DNA of 61,994 bases, the filler included, from Sphacelaria rigidula (taxonomy: Eukaryota), in NCBI GenBank assembly GCA_964200075.2. It is 11 parts of 11 records of this genome, joined end to end, with 100 filler letters (N's around TTAATTAATTAA, not from the genome) between each part and the next. Parts side by side here need not be neighbours in the genome. Positions count along the whole stretch, not along the records: positions 22,581 to 28,125 come from CAXNAA020026464.1; positions 28,226 to 33,770 come from CAXNAA020026465.1; positions 33,871 to 39,415 come from CAXNAA020026466.1; 8 more parts are not named here. One strand, given 5' to 3'. Of this stretch, positions 22,736-36,241 are shown piece after piece. Under the pieces are notes generated by a model. That model had not been told where the DNA came from, did no database searches, and saw only the letters and a list, made by a program, of their open reading frames with translations. The position numbers and the translations under genes are program-made. Numbering within the stretch: the stretch's first letter is position 1; each line of letters begins with the position of its first letter.

Positions 22736-24912
22736 AATCCCAACACCCGTCGTTGATGCACAAGAATCATACCATGCCAGGCGCCTCTTCTGACTGTGAA
22801 GGGACCTTCAGGTGTTTGAAAACTGTTACATCACCGAGAAAGTTCAAGGTCTTATGGTATTGTGACCTTCACGTGTATACACGGGGGGTTTTGCGTCGAA
22901 ATATATGGCTTCTCGGTGATTTTCCATGACATTGGCTACATATTGGCTCATGATAACCCTCCAGCAGGCTTCATGTGTCTTGCTAAGACATGCTTGCGGA
23001 AGGGTCAAATGCGTCTTCATCACGAAGCGTCACCCACATTTGATTTCAACCTTTTACATTTCTCACGAGGTTTAACCTGAATCTTTGACTTGAAACCCGA
23101 AGTTGACGTTGAAATTCAGCTCAAAACTCGACAATCCCAGTGAAGCACTGCCTTCTGAAACCAGACGTTCACCTTGGAGTTCGATAGCCTGTTTATAATT
23201 CCGACCTCACGTTGAACGCGTGGTCTGAAATTCGGAGCTTCGGTTTCAGATTCTTCACGCAGTATACATCTTCACTTGAAGATACGACTTTTAGCTTCAC
23301 CCCCTCCACTAAGCTTGGATTGAGCGTTCAACATTAAGACCAGGAAGCCATGGCGGACTTCCGAATTCAATGTTTACTGTAAATGGTCAACTCGTGAAAC
23401 GGCTTTCAAGGTGGCAGCTTTCACTTCCAGTGTTCATCCTGAACTTTGCATTCAGCTCGAAGGTGTTCAATCTGACTTCGAGCTGCTCCTGAAGGTTGGA
23501 ACTTTGACTGAAGCCCTCAAGTTGTACGCCAAAACTTCAACTTGCATGTTGAACCTTCAGGTAAACATCGCGATGAACTTTGACGGACTTAGTGAGTGTT
23601 TTGTCTCTCTCTCCAACAGTAGTATTTTGCCTCGAGGATTATTTCCAGCTGCAACTTGGAATGCCCAGAAAATTGGGGTTCACCCATGGATTCATCTCAG
23701 TGCAACAGGCTAAAAGATTTGAAATTAATATCCACACTTCGCCACATTTTATCGAAGAGTCGAGTGCACATGCCCCGACGCATGTTACGCACCGAGTCGA
23801 AAGCTTTGGGGTGTCTTGTAGTTTAGACCAGGTCGTCGCACAAACAGACGGATCGTTGGGTGCATGTTTTGCGGAAGTTTGTGGGTGCCTTCGGCGTTTC
23901 TGAAATTCTGTGGTTCCTTTGCCTCCAGGAATAAGCCTTGAAAAGTGTTCGTGAAAAATCTGGAAAGATTTTCAGGGATGATGCCTTTGTGGTCAAATCG
24001 GTGCTGCAATTCTTTGGCACACGGATCGGGTATAGCACACATCCGGTGGAATTGTCGACAGTCGAGATCGTGTACGATTTGTCGCGAAAACCGTATCATG
24101 GAGGGTGTCGATGTGGACCATGTTGCTGTACCAACTTCCGTTTCAATGTTTGTTGGTAGTGACCAGATGGCACTTCAAATTGGTGAGCCATCAGTGCGTT
24201 GGCTGTCGTTTCCAAGTCGACCTGAAAACCCGACTTCTTCCAGTGCGCGCCGAGAACGTCGATTCACACAACCGCATCCCATGGCACTTCCGAGCACTAC
24301 TGGTTATGCAGTACCGACCGACCTAAGAAAGTCATGTAGCTTTACGAGGGGAAACACTAAGAGCGGGTGGTCTCTCCAGGACCAACTGTGAGCAGAACTA
24401 GGAAATAAATGATTTCTCCAAGTTTCGCCCAACGTTTAGCACCGTTTCTTCTTGTGGTGGCATGGCCCCACGATGAATTTGTAGCCGGTTAAGGTTTGTA
24501 CATATGCCCAACACTAGCTTTTTGCTGCGGAACATAGCCTGGTGTAACTGTGCTGTCCTTGCTGATGTCTTGTTCGGCGACTGTCCCGATCATTTGCGGA
24601 CTCTCCCGACGAGCAAAGGGTGACACCGCTGAGGCTGTTGAGGTTTTCACAGACTTTCTCTGTGTCTATATCAATCTTGCTTCCTTCGTCAGACCTTGCG
24701 CGACCATTGTGTAATTTATCTAGCCGCATCCGCTCTCTCGTGCTTTTTAAGTATTGTGTGCGTTGTTCCCCAAAAACAGGGACCCAGCAATATTGAAGTT
24801 ATGCCAGTTCTTTCCATGACAATACCTATGGTACTGTCGTGATTATACCGACACAAAATCCTGAAACCTGTCATGGGATTGCTCTGGGGTTACTGTTGCA
24901 CCTGATATTATG

Positions 24913-26630
24913 CACACTCTGGACAATACAATATGTAACATATATATATATATATTGCCCGCTCAATATGTCGACGCTTCGGGTCAATATATATTGGACG
25001 AGAAATATGATGGCATGAGAGAGGGGCAATATATATTGTGCCATCAATATGGTAAGTCTCGCGACATGCAATAAAAATCGACCGAACAACATATCACGAC
25101 ACGCGCCACCTCAATATATATTGGACGAGTAACATGTTGGTGAGGTAAGGCACCAATATATATATATATATATATGTCGAGTAATGTATTGGCTGCCACA
25201 CGAGGTCAATATATATATATATATATTGATGATTCAATATACTCAACACTCGAAGCGCCGATATATATTGCCGCCCCAATATGTCGTGCGTCAATGCGTC
25301 CAATATATATATATTGGGCAGACAATACACGAGGGAAGGGACGGTCACAGTATATGTTTGGGTAGCAATACATTTTAATTTTCAACATGTAGATTGGAAA
25401 GTGTATTGGAGTTAGTATAGTGGGCAGTTCTATATTCGCGGGCGCCATTGAAAGATGTATCGCCACATGCCGAAAACGCCTAATATATTCCTCCGCGAGC
25501 GTGTTCAATATGTATTGGCTGCACAAAAGCTATGCGATGAGCGTGCGCAATATATATATATTGGGAAAGCAATAGTTTGGTATGTCTTGCGTTCAATATA
25601 TATGATGACAATATGTTACGCATCGCTTCGACTCAATATATATATTGACACTCCAATACATACACGGCGGGCATGCACAATAGATATCGGATCTTTTGTT
25701 CCCGGAGCAATGCATGTCCAATATATATTGCCATGCATTACCTCACGATCATGACACGAAAATATAATATGTTGCTTCATTGTCTCCGAGGACAACTCAA
25801 CACAATATACATTGAAATGACAATATTTGCGCTATCTCCAATACAAAGTATTGGTGTCATATTGGAACATATTGTATTGCCCAGGGTATTAGCAACACAG
25901 CACCGGTGACCACAGGAGTACCAGAAGACGCACACCGACCCGGGTTTTCTATCATCGTGATGTTTACCGAAGATGTATTACATGCTGTGAATGGAGTGGG
26001 TGGCCCCGTACCGGTGGCCAGATAGGTATCAAAAGGCATATATATCGGGTTGCCTCTTCTGCTGTCATCTTTTCTGACCACTATACACACACATATATAT
26101 ATATATATATATATCAAACGAATTCGACAACTCTTTGTAGTAACGTACGCGAATGTTTGCGGCTCCCTGCGAAGCTTACTCAACCTGCACGGGCTCCGGC
26201 ATCCACCGCGTCTGGATCTTTTTTCAAGTGTACACCATACTTGTAATGTCCGATATATATTGACCGGCCATAACATTGGCACCCACGCAGACCCAATATA
26301 TATTGACCGGTCAATATGTTCTCACCAATGCGACTCTAATATATGTTGGTCGTGCAATATGTCGTCGCCCACACTGCCCGAATATATATTGATGGAACAA
26401 TATGTAATGTGTTCAACCACACGGTACCAATATATTTATAATATATATATATATATTGGGCGGGCAATATGTATGCAATCCGACGACATCAATATATATT
26501 GGGTGCGCAATACGTGTGCAGTTCAAGAGTACCAATATATTTATATATATCACGCCGGCAATATCTCGCAAAACTACAATATGGTCGACGAATATATATC
26601 TTGAAAACATATTGTATTGTCCAGGGTGTG
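24913..26630. mobile_element. Non-autonomous TIR element (CACACCCTGGAC family) with CAATAT/ATATTG arrays
   Basis: 24-bp TIRs with one mismatch (24913-24936 versus 26607-26630); flanks ATATTATG / ATACTATG (7/8 TSD); extra right-end copy at 25867-25887. Confidence 0.85.
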
Positions 26631-28125
26631 ATACTATGGGAACACATCTCATCCAACAAAGGCTTGCAGACCTACGGGGTATCGGGAGATCTGCAGGGTC
26701 TTAGTTCTCTCTGAAGGCTGCATGCAGGTTCTACAGGCATTCTGTAGGTCTACAATGAAGGTGCAGATCTTTGAAGTGGCGAGGGGTCGGATCTACAAGA
26801 AACCCAGCGTGACCCCATTTTACCGGAAAACATTATGCGCACCCTTCATGTAGTACCAGTACCACCGTTGCTATTGGTCGCCGTGGTTCGAAACCGTAAC
26901 GATCACGCGCCCGTGTACCTGCGTATGCCTCTATGCTCATGGGTAGCGCCTCAACACCCGTGAGCTGCACTGTAACCAAAACCGGAAGCAAAACCCTACA
27001 GCTTATGCTGGCCTAGAACCCACAGCCGTGAACGCGCACCTGTGGTGTTTTTTGGTAGGGTGTACGTCTGGGCAACGTGCGTTGGTAAAGTGCACGTCTA
27101 CACAATTGGTAGAGTGTACATATAGGCTATGTGATAACATTATGCGATGTTTCTATGGAAGCGACTTTCTCCCACCTCCTCCATGGCAGCCTTATACTAC
27201 CGGAGTATCAGGATGTTTCACGGCACTAGCATGAGAGAAATGGCCAATAGAATGGCCTTAAAGCACCATATTAATTCCACGAAATATATAACGACCCTGA
27301 AGCAATTCTTTCGTGGTTTTCCTCTGACGGTGGCGTGGTACCTCCATGAGGATCATCATAGCACGACCATGCCTTTGCGTGGCACCCTCTCAGGATGTAC
27401 TCATGGAAATACCATGCAACAGTGCGGCCATCACGGTTCTCCCACGGTAGTACTTTGCACGGCCACGGCAGGGACCTATCTTTACGAGTAGTAATGCCAC
27501 ACCCCACCAAAATTTCTTCCCACAGGTAGCCTCGCTGGACGACCGAGGGGTGGTGTCGATCTGGCTGGTGACCGAGATTGCGAGGGGAGACGAAGGAGGA
27601 TCAAAGGTGAAGATGTGACAGCGTAGCCCTGAAGTGGGCGGTGCTGTCAAATCAAACAATGTTTGGACCGCTTGGTAGTCATTATCTGATGCGTAGTTGA
27701 GTCTTGTCCAACAGTGCAGGTGTGATGTTCCACCCATTGTACGCGTGTGTCACTTTTGTGAAGCATCATGGAATGCCCGCTTGGAATACTGTATACCAGG
27801 AAATCAAATTGCGTTTAGCGTAGTTTCTCCTACGGTTGATCTGTCACGGTTCTCGAAAGGCTCTTGGAACGGATGAGATCAGCACGATACCAGCGACGGG
27901 AGAATGACTTTTATCATTTTGGTATCGATCGTGTTCTAGGAAACACGAGGGCAAGGTCCCAGGTGAACGGACGACTGCTGCCGAGATAGCCCCCTTCCCC
28001 CGAACCGGCCAAAAAGTGCACGGAGGCGGTGATCATAAATGCCGTTAGAGCTGGTTTGGTGCTGCACAACGCGACTCGTTTGGGCGCTATAGCTGATTTC
28101 GGACTGCTACACGCCTCTCATGTGG

Positions 28126-28225
28126 NNNNNNNNNNNNNNNNNNNNNNNNNNNNNNNNNNNNNNNNNNNNTTAATTAATTAANNNNNNNNNNNNNNNNNNN
28201 NNNNNNNNNNNNNNNNNNNNNNNNN
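28126..28225. other. Artificial contig linker
   Basis: Same 100-bp unit. Confidence 0.98.
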
Positions 28226-30925
28226 CGAACGCTTGGGGGAGGGGCAGTTACAACGCTTACCGGTGAAGCGGACTGTACTCCAACACTTGAAGTTACCACG
28301 TTCGCCGGAGGAACGGACTGGACACGAACGCTTGGGGGAGGGGCAGTTACAACACTTACAGCTGGTACGTCAAGTGAAGGGTTCTCATATGTTGACGGTA
28401 AACGAGTGGCCCTTTGTGACGAAGACCGCTCATTGCGATCGAAGCGAAGCCTACCGTCAAACATATGTACTCTCCTGTTTCAGTTAAGAGTACATCACGC
28501 TTCTTCTGCACTTGGTGCAGAGAAAAAAATTGAAGTGTATACCTTCAAGTACGTAAACATCAGTTAGTTGCACGCAAAATTCTGAGGACGCTCCGATAGA
28601 TGTCGGGGCGGTGGACTTTCCCATGTGGAATTTGAGCTTCAAACTCCCTACTGCTCTGACGGGGAGAGTTGTTTCCTTCCCCACAATCACGTGATCATTT
28701 CCTCTGGGGGGGGGGGCGTAAATCAAATATACCAACCATTGACCCAGTGGTATGATGTGAAGCACCATTATCACTTATCCACTCCTCTGTACCATCATCC
28801 ACATCAAACCCCGACCCACTCTGGTTAAGCAAAGCAACCCCCAAAGTAAAATCACCCAACTCAAAACGTTACTCGCCTTGGGACACAGAGTGTGCCATGC
28901 ACAGGTGAAGCGGCACAGAGGGTGCAGCTGAACCGGAGGAAGGCAGGTTGGAATCAGGTTGGGCATGATGAGGTTGTTGTTGCTGTTGTAGTTGGTGAGG
29001 GTGTTGCAGTTGAAGTTCACCTTGCAGCGGTAATGATTGGATCTGATAGTCGGTGGCAGCTGCGGAGGATTGCGGGGGGTTGCGGAGGGTTGCGGGGGAA
29101 TTGGATACAGTGCGCGTAGCCTGCACCGCTGAAGTCGCTGCTATCTTCCAACACCCACCCGTCTTCTTCCGTTCCGTTCCACTGTTGTCCGTCGTAGCTG
29201 CTCTCTTCGTACCCCCCTTGGTCACCGTAAAGTTGCACGGTGTTGACCGATCCGAAGGAATGAGTCCAAGGGGGGGGGAAGCTGTCCTCCGTGACGAGGT
29301 TGATTCTGGGTGGGATGCGCATGACGTACCCCCGAATCGACTTGCGGCGTCACTACTCTACGTCATGGGCAAAAAGTATGCATGTGGCCCAGTTCGTCGC
29401 ATGTGATGCATCATTCACGGGGGTCGGCGTGGTGAATTGGGGGTTCGTTGCCTACAGGGCCATATAAACCATCAGGATAAGCTGAATAGTCATACCCACC
29501 TCGCGGAGGGTCATAGTACGGTAGTTGGCTGCCGGGGTGGGCATTTCCATCCCCGCGCCCCGAAGCACCGTACCTGTGACAAATCCACGCCCTGCGCCCC
29601 GTCCACCACGTCTCGCTTGCTGCTGGGATTGCTGGGGTTACTGGCGTTGTTGCTGCTGTTGTTGTTGCTGAGTGAGCTGCGGTGATTGGGTGAGAATCCT
29701 ACCGCGTCCACTACCCCCACGACCTCCAAAACTGTCTGTACTTTGGTGTTGCTGCTGGCGAACACCATTCCACGCACCACGGTCACCACGACTTTCTTGT
29801 GCGTGCATGTTTCGTTGTGCGTGGCATTCAGAGTCATCATGATGGGTCGTATTGTGGAAATGACAAAAAAACATCACCCTGCTGTCGACGTCTCTCACCG
29901 CCCTGTTGTCGTCCATTTTGCAGCACGACCCCAACTCTACCACCCTCAGTGGCAGCGACGAGCGCGTGGCCTTGTACCCCATCTTGATTCCTTCCTGCCC
30001 TACTCCTGGCCAGTTCCATCTCACCATGCACCGTCATCACCTTGCGCTCCAGGGTATCTGTTGTTACTTCGTCGAAAGCAAGCAATACACCACGAACGAT
30101 GTCGAAGTCACTTGAAAGGCGGCGTATGTAGTGCCGATTCGCATCTGCATCTGATATCACGACTCCCAGCCTTGTAGGTTTGTACCGTATCAATTTCGCT
30201 CCATCTAGAATTATACGGGGGTCCTCTCCCAAGTTCATGTCGAGGGTCTGCCATTCATGGTCCAACTGCGCCTTTTCGGTGGTTGGAGAAACGGTGTAGT
30301 AGTCAACAACGTACGTCCATTCCTTGCTGGCTTTTCCCAGTCTCACTAGTTGTTGTACAAGCGGAGTGAAAGACATGTTTTCGACTAGTATGCTCCATGC
30401 TCTGCTGGCCTTCCGCACCAACTCGGTACCAAACCTCTCGATCAAATCCCGCTCATTATCAAATGTACCCTAATTGGAAAAGATGTGTGAAGAGCCTCCT
30501 CGCAGGACCTTGCTTAAAGTACGCTGTCATCTGTAGCTTGAAAACCATGAACTTCTCTCTTACTTCCTCACCACTCTTTGCCGTACCATCACACGCTGCA
30601 ATACTGTTATGCGAATGTACCCTCGAAATGCCAGACTGTATATCATCTGGGCTTGACCCTGTGTATGCAGGGGTGCGTTTCGAACGTCTTGAAATGCTGC
30701 TGTAGTGGTCGTAGGTTGGAATCGTCGCTGGGGGGGCGTAGCTCTTGTTGCTGACGCGTGCGCTGCCAGTCTTGGATCCTCTTCCTGTGCTTGACTTTGT
30801 TGTCGCAGTTCTTGTTTTTGTTTCTCTTGCTCCTGGATGTATCCTGATAGTATCTCTCTCACCGCGTCTGGGTCGGCATCTTGTATCTTGGTCATGATGT
30901 TGTCTACTTGATTTTCGGAGTCCAT
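28226..30925 (-). mobile_element. Degenerate Ty1/copia gag-protease region
   Basis: Gag-like (EKAQLDHEWQTLDMNLGEDPR...HYIRRLSSDFD); knuckle CHFHNTTHHDDSEC; copia protease-like VIVGKETTLPVRAVGSLKL...LTDVYVLEGIHFN; frameshifted. Confidence 0.8.
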
Positions 30926-30945
30926 TTTTTACATCTGCATAACCC

Positions 30946-31252
30946 TGAGGTTGCCTGTGCGGAGCGTAGCCTAATCGCTAGCGTAAGGACTGAATCTCCT
31001 ACTCGCTGCTGGGGTCTATGTATAAGAAAAGGTCGTGGGACCTCTGTTGTTAAATTGATTCCCTTGTTGATTAATGTATATGTCACAAATCACGTGGTGG
31101 ATGTCTAGAGGTGAAGGGTGCCAGTTCGTGGGCACCCGAGTAGTCATCTCAAAAGACATGTAAGCACCAGGATCCGAGCGAGTTCGATGATGATTATGCA
31201 TGCAAGATGGTTCAAAGTAACTCTCCACCTGCAGCGCATGCTCGAGGCAACA
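30946..31252 (-). repeat. Possible 5' LTR of the copia element
   Basis: Minus strand reads TGTTG...CAACCTCA followed by GGGTTATG (like the half-tRNA-Met primer site of copia) just upstream of gag; no second LTR in the window to confirm. Confidence 0.35.
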
Positions 31253-32446
31253 CCAGCTGCAGGCAAGTCAGGCTTACTTTAGACGAAGCCCAGCGACACC
31301 TCTGATATCGCAATCCATGGATGGGGTAAATGCTTCTCGTATTATCGGCGACAGGCTGCTGTACGTGCTGGGATCAATCCTAAAAACTCTGTGAGAACAT
31401 GGGTAGATAATCTGACACAAAGCATTACAAAAGTATGACACATGAAGCCTAGTCGACTGGAAAATGACCAATAAATCCATGACATGCCCCCAGCCTTACA
31501 CATAAGGCTAAACAAAAAGGATTTATGGGCTGGAGGGGCCGAAAAAAGAACGAAGCCTGTGCATCAACGCCTGAAGATAAAACGAGAAAAACCTGCTGAA
31601 TTACAGTACAGGGGAAAACTCGTTGCAGATCTAATGAATAGGTAAACCCTGATAAGCAGGGGAAAACTCCATCCGTTAGGAAAGGAAAAAAATCTATAAC
31701 GCCCTTTCCAACGACAGAAACAGCAGACTAGTACGATCGCTGTCGTTTTCCCGGGATCTCAGTTAGACTGGAGAACGATCGGCTAGTTAGCTTGATCGCG
31801 CGTCGACACCCCGGATCAGTTAGACTGGATTCTGGGGTAGTGCGGGGCTTGAACCTCGCCAAAAACAACCTTTCCACGAACTGATCAGTAGTTACAGGAG
31901 TGTAGCTTTCGAGGGGTGCTCTTCTGTAACTACTGACGCCTATTCTACTGGAACTAGAGCCCACGCTCCTTGGCTCACACATGTACCCGTATGTTACCAA
32001 ATGGGGAGCAATATCTAACAAAGCGACAAAAAGGGAAAAGACAGGAACACTCGAAATTCATGACTGAAACGTATGGTACCAGCGATAAAGAGCTACTTTT
32101 TCACTTATTCCATCACCGCATTCCTCTCGCGATGATATCATATACCACATCACACAACAGCTACTCGTAAACATCGATGACTGCAGTCTATCCTTGGCTC
32201 CTCCGTTCCAGCTTAGGGCGCTCGAGTTCCCGGCGAGATAGCTCTTTCCAGTCTCCATCTTCCTATCGTACTCGCCGAAGCGATTCCCCTAATCATACAC
32301 TTGGCGCTTCAGCTGGGCACTGCTATAGCCTTTCCAGGAGGTGGAACCTATGAGCAAAAGCTTTAAGGCATCAATCACTACGTGGGGGCGCGGGGTGCTC
32401 CGAGTACGATGGCAGGGTAGAAGAAACTGTGGGGGTGATGAAGGTG

Positions 32447-32853
32447 CAAAAGGCTCATGACGTAGTATGAAGCAATGGGTTGTGGGAAATTCATAGGAAA
32501 CTGGGGTCAAACAAAAGGTGTGGACGATGGTAAAGATGACAGAAATGTGCCAAAAGTGCGATGATGCTAGACGGGGAAATATCGAAATATTTTTATATTT
32601 TGCAAGGAGTTGCCCCAGGATGTACGTTATCACCCATTCTACTCGAGGTATTCATTGATGACCTGATATTGGCATTAGACACAGCAAAGCAAGGGGTTAA
32701 GTTCATGAAGAAATTGGAAACAGTACGGATGGCAGCAGCTAAGAAAATACTTGAGTGCAATGAAGTTGGTGAAAAAGTTGGGAACAGTACAGATGAAAGC
32801 AGCTGAGGAAATTACTTGGATGCTCGAAATAAATGAGTATGCCCTCCCGCCCC
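32447..32853 (+). mobile_element. Internally deleted LINE-B copy (RT pieces plus 3' terminus)
   Basis: MLDGEISKYFYILQGVAPGCTLSPILLEVFIDDLI; ends aaatgagtatgccctcccgcccc. Confidence 0.8.
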
Positions 32854-33770
32854 TTGAAGTCTTCCCCCTTTCCCCACCCGTCAGTGCCTGAAACAACGTA
32901 GAGTTCTCGACAACCCAACACGGTGGCAAATTCAGGGGTCAGGTGGAATGTGGGTGTCATTCTCTATTTCGATCCCCCCAATTTGTGACGCAAACACTTC
33001 AGCTATAGACTGTTCTAGATGGGGTGGACGGATATGGAAGGGACTTTTTACTTTTGAGACAGCTGTAGTACGTGTGTAATGCTCACGGCCAGTCCAGAGC
33101 TCGAAGGGAAACGTGTCAGACGGTAGCATGGCGTCGAGTCGTCGGGTAGGGTGCTATTGCCCAAGAGTGTGGGTGAAACAAACTCTCTCTATCTCTGAGG
33201 CCAAGATTTGTACAGTGCCGTGAATATTTCAGCAGCCGTGCCCCCAATTCTTCGATTCCTGTAAAACTGCATACATAATCGTGGAGAAAATGAAATAAAC
33301 AAGGCATGCTGAATAAAATATAATAATGAGATACGATGTACTAAATACACAGAGACAAAGCACAGAAATGACAAGATGACCTCATATGCATGAGCTGTAC
33401 ATTGATGGTTGTTAGGCGGGTCCCAAGTTCGTGTGCCATATCGTAGCTAAGCCATTATGAGGAGACCGCATTGTGGTATAAAGTCGTGAAGTCGACAAAC
33501 GTTGCCGGGGAAAGTTGGGTGAGCAACACCTCGGTCAAGAAGCTTGTGAATTTATTCTCTGATCATGCGGTGTTTTTATGGTAGGAGGCCGCGTTGTTTT
33601 GTGGCAAAGGGTGTGCACGCTGTACAGCGACCATCAAGACAGTAGGAACTCGTACTTCGCCCCCCCCCCAAGGGGGTTCAGCTACCACATGAGCGAAATA
33701 ATTGTCTAAAAACTATATGTAGGGCCTGTGAGAACCGTCAAAGACAAGATATATAGTCGCGCAGTCAACT

Positions 33771-33870
33771 NNNNNNNNNNNNNNNNNNNNNNNNNNNNNN
33801 NNNNNNNNNNNNNNTTAATTAATTAANNNNNNNNNNNNNNNNNNNNNNNNNNNNNNNNNNNNNNNNNNNN
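33771..33870. other. Artificial contig linker
   Basis: Same 100-bp unit. Confidence 0.98.
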
Positions 33871-35379
33871 CTGACTCGAAATTTCGAGCAATAAATGGCC
33901 CAAAATATCCCCCCCCCTATCGTGCGATGACTCTTACTCAGTTTCTGTTCGTCAAGATTCCCAATCGTGAGCTTTTTAATACACAATGTGCCGCGCAGGC
34001 CAAGGTCTGGTTCGTTGTGGAAGGCCTGCTCCCTACTGGCCCGGAAGAACGGATGAGAGCCGGTGAGTCAGTCTGTCGCGCTTGCTCGTGGCATAAAGTC
34101 CCGCAGTCACAGATTTCCCATGCGCGCTGCCACACGCGCACGCTGAAATTTCCCAATGTGCGAGCCGATGTACCCCAGCCTCCCGGTGTAGCCCACACGA
34201 GGTAGTCCGCCTACTATACTGCTTCACAATCATGCATCGCAAAGCGCGAAACGCGCTGAAGACAAGTGTTGCCTGCGGGTTCGACCGTCATCTACTCGTC
34301 CGTGCTCGTCCCTCGTCATGTTTCAGAGCGTGCCGTACGCAATGGTATCGGCTCCAGCCGAAATGTCGCCTCGGTCGAGTCTCTACAAATAGCGCTGTCC
34401 CCGAACGTTCTTCCGCATGACAGCGCCGGGCAGGACTTCGAGGTCGCAGGCTACGGAATAAAATCCCACGACACGGCCAAAGATGGCCACACGTACACCT
34501 GTAACGGCCGGCGTCGCGCCCGTCCCCACACGGGTTGCTCGAGCGGGATGTATGTCGGGCCCGATGGTCCACACGAGAAGGACCATGACGCCGACATCAG
34601 GCGAAAGTACGCTGCTTTGTCTCAATGCCTCGGAATTAGCGGCGTCAATCCTAACCCCCACGAGCAAGACAATTCCCTCCTGACTATCCACGTCCGTATG
34701 CTATCCAACATGACACTAGAGGTCTTGACTTAGTCTCTACGAGTCATGCACGAGGTACGCAACGAGGCCATCAATGGGGAAACCATTACTAGGATTGTGC
34801 GAAATAGTATGCACCACAGAAAGGGAGGGGCTGCTACGGTCTGCGCATTTGACATCTGAATCCGCGGACGGTGCTTTTGCTACTTTCCGTTGATGCGAGT
34901 GTTCGACCGCTTTGGGCGTGTTGATGTAGTCTCCTTCCGTCCGGTGCTTGAGCAGGGAAATACTTGATGGGGCGCGTTGCAGTGGCGGGGGGAGATGGCC
35001 GCTGGGAGGGAGTGCCCTCTATCGCTGTCGATGTGTGCTTGCTGTGGATGAGACGTAGTGTGGCTGGTCACGTGGTGGCCGTGATTGGGTGGATGTAGTG
35101 GTTGTCGTTCTCGGGTTGTTGTACTCTTTTTGGAAGTGTTTTCGAATTTGTCGTGAACCTTCAACGCGTCTACGAACATGCCCATTCCCCTGCGTTTTTA
35201 CATATTTTGATCTTGGTCCACCATCAGCATTGCTGTATAACCACCATTTTCAGTGAGCGCCTGATAGATGAATGGAACATGACCCAAGATTCGCGCCTCG
35301 CGGGGGAAAATAATTTACCCGGTCATGTTCACATGATAATCGCCGAGGACCACCGGCTATCCTTCGGGGACACCGTCCA

Positions 35380-36025
35380 TCATTCCACCCTGAGAGATGA
35401 AAATATATTACATGGCTATTTTTGATATGGTAATCGTCGTAAATCATCGACACTTGTTCGGGAACGCCGTGTCTACTTCGACCCCGGCAAGTGAGTGAAT
35501 GTGACCCAGTCATTTGCAAATGATACTGGTTTTCCACCATCATCAGTTGCTCAGGAGGTCGTTTTTGGTTCGACCCTGGCAGATGAACCGGTATGAATTA
35601 GTGGTTACGCATGATACTCGTTTTCCATTACCAGCACTTGTCCGGGAGCATCATTTTTTCACCCTGGCAGATGAAATATTAGTAGCAAGACCGTACATAT
35701 GACACTCGTCGTTAACCATGGGCACTTGCTCGGGGACATTATCTATACTCAGACCCTGGAAGGTGAAAATATGCTGGGCACAGAGTTTATACGTTACCAT
35801 CGTTATCCAACACCAGGACTCGGTCGGGGCATCTTCATTTAGTTGACTCTGTCAAACGAAGAAGCATTAGCCGGTGATCTTACACGTGACACAGTAGGTG
35901 TCCACCACCATCGGTTGCTCGGGGAGATCGATTTTGGTTCGACCCTGGCAGATGAACCGGTATGATCCAGTGGTTACGCATGATACTCGTTCTCCATCAC
36001 CAGCACTTGTCCAGGAGCATCATTG
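35380..36025. repeat. Degenerate ~90-95-bp minisatellite (~7 copies)
   Basis: Anchor gaccctggcagatgaa and variants near 35386, 35480, 35571, 35660, 35751, 35845 and 35940. Confidence 0.75.
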
Positions 36026-36160
36026 GGAATCCTCATCATTAACCGTCCAACTGCACCTTCCCCTAACACTATTCTGTAAATGTATGGGGGACAAATCTCC
36101 ATTCTGTGTATCGCAAAGATCCGAATCATATGGTTATGTGCGAAATTCTTGGCGAAGATG

Positions 36161-36241
36161 CCTGTGATACGTGAGGGTTACGTGGAATACATACGTGTCG
36201 AAGATACCTGTGATACGTGAGGGTTACGTGGAATACATACG
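36161..36241. repeat. Direct duplication with 46-bp period
   Basis: cctgtgatacgtgagggttacgtggaatacatacg twice. Confidence 0.9.

Noticed and set aside
24937..26606. CRISPR-like repeat-spacer array
   Set aside because: Motifs are only 6-12 nt, variable in length and orientation, and irregularly spaced; there are no cas genes; the array lies within transposon TIRs.
27520..27900. DIRS-type tyrosine recombinase remnant
   Set aside because: Only a vague RLRGETKEDQ resemblance; catalytic motifs were not found.
31830..31865. tRNA-like 3' half on the minus strand (GGTTCAAGCC...CCA)
   Set aside because: The T-stem does not pair properly and there is no 5' half; the region instead resembles the repeat at 1-135.
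34266..34733. 155-aa ORF as a real gene
   Set aside because: Protein-like, but with no recognisable motif or clear start or splice structure.
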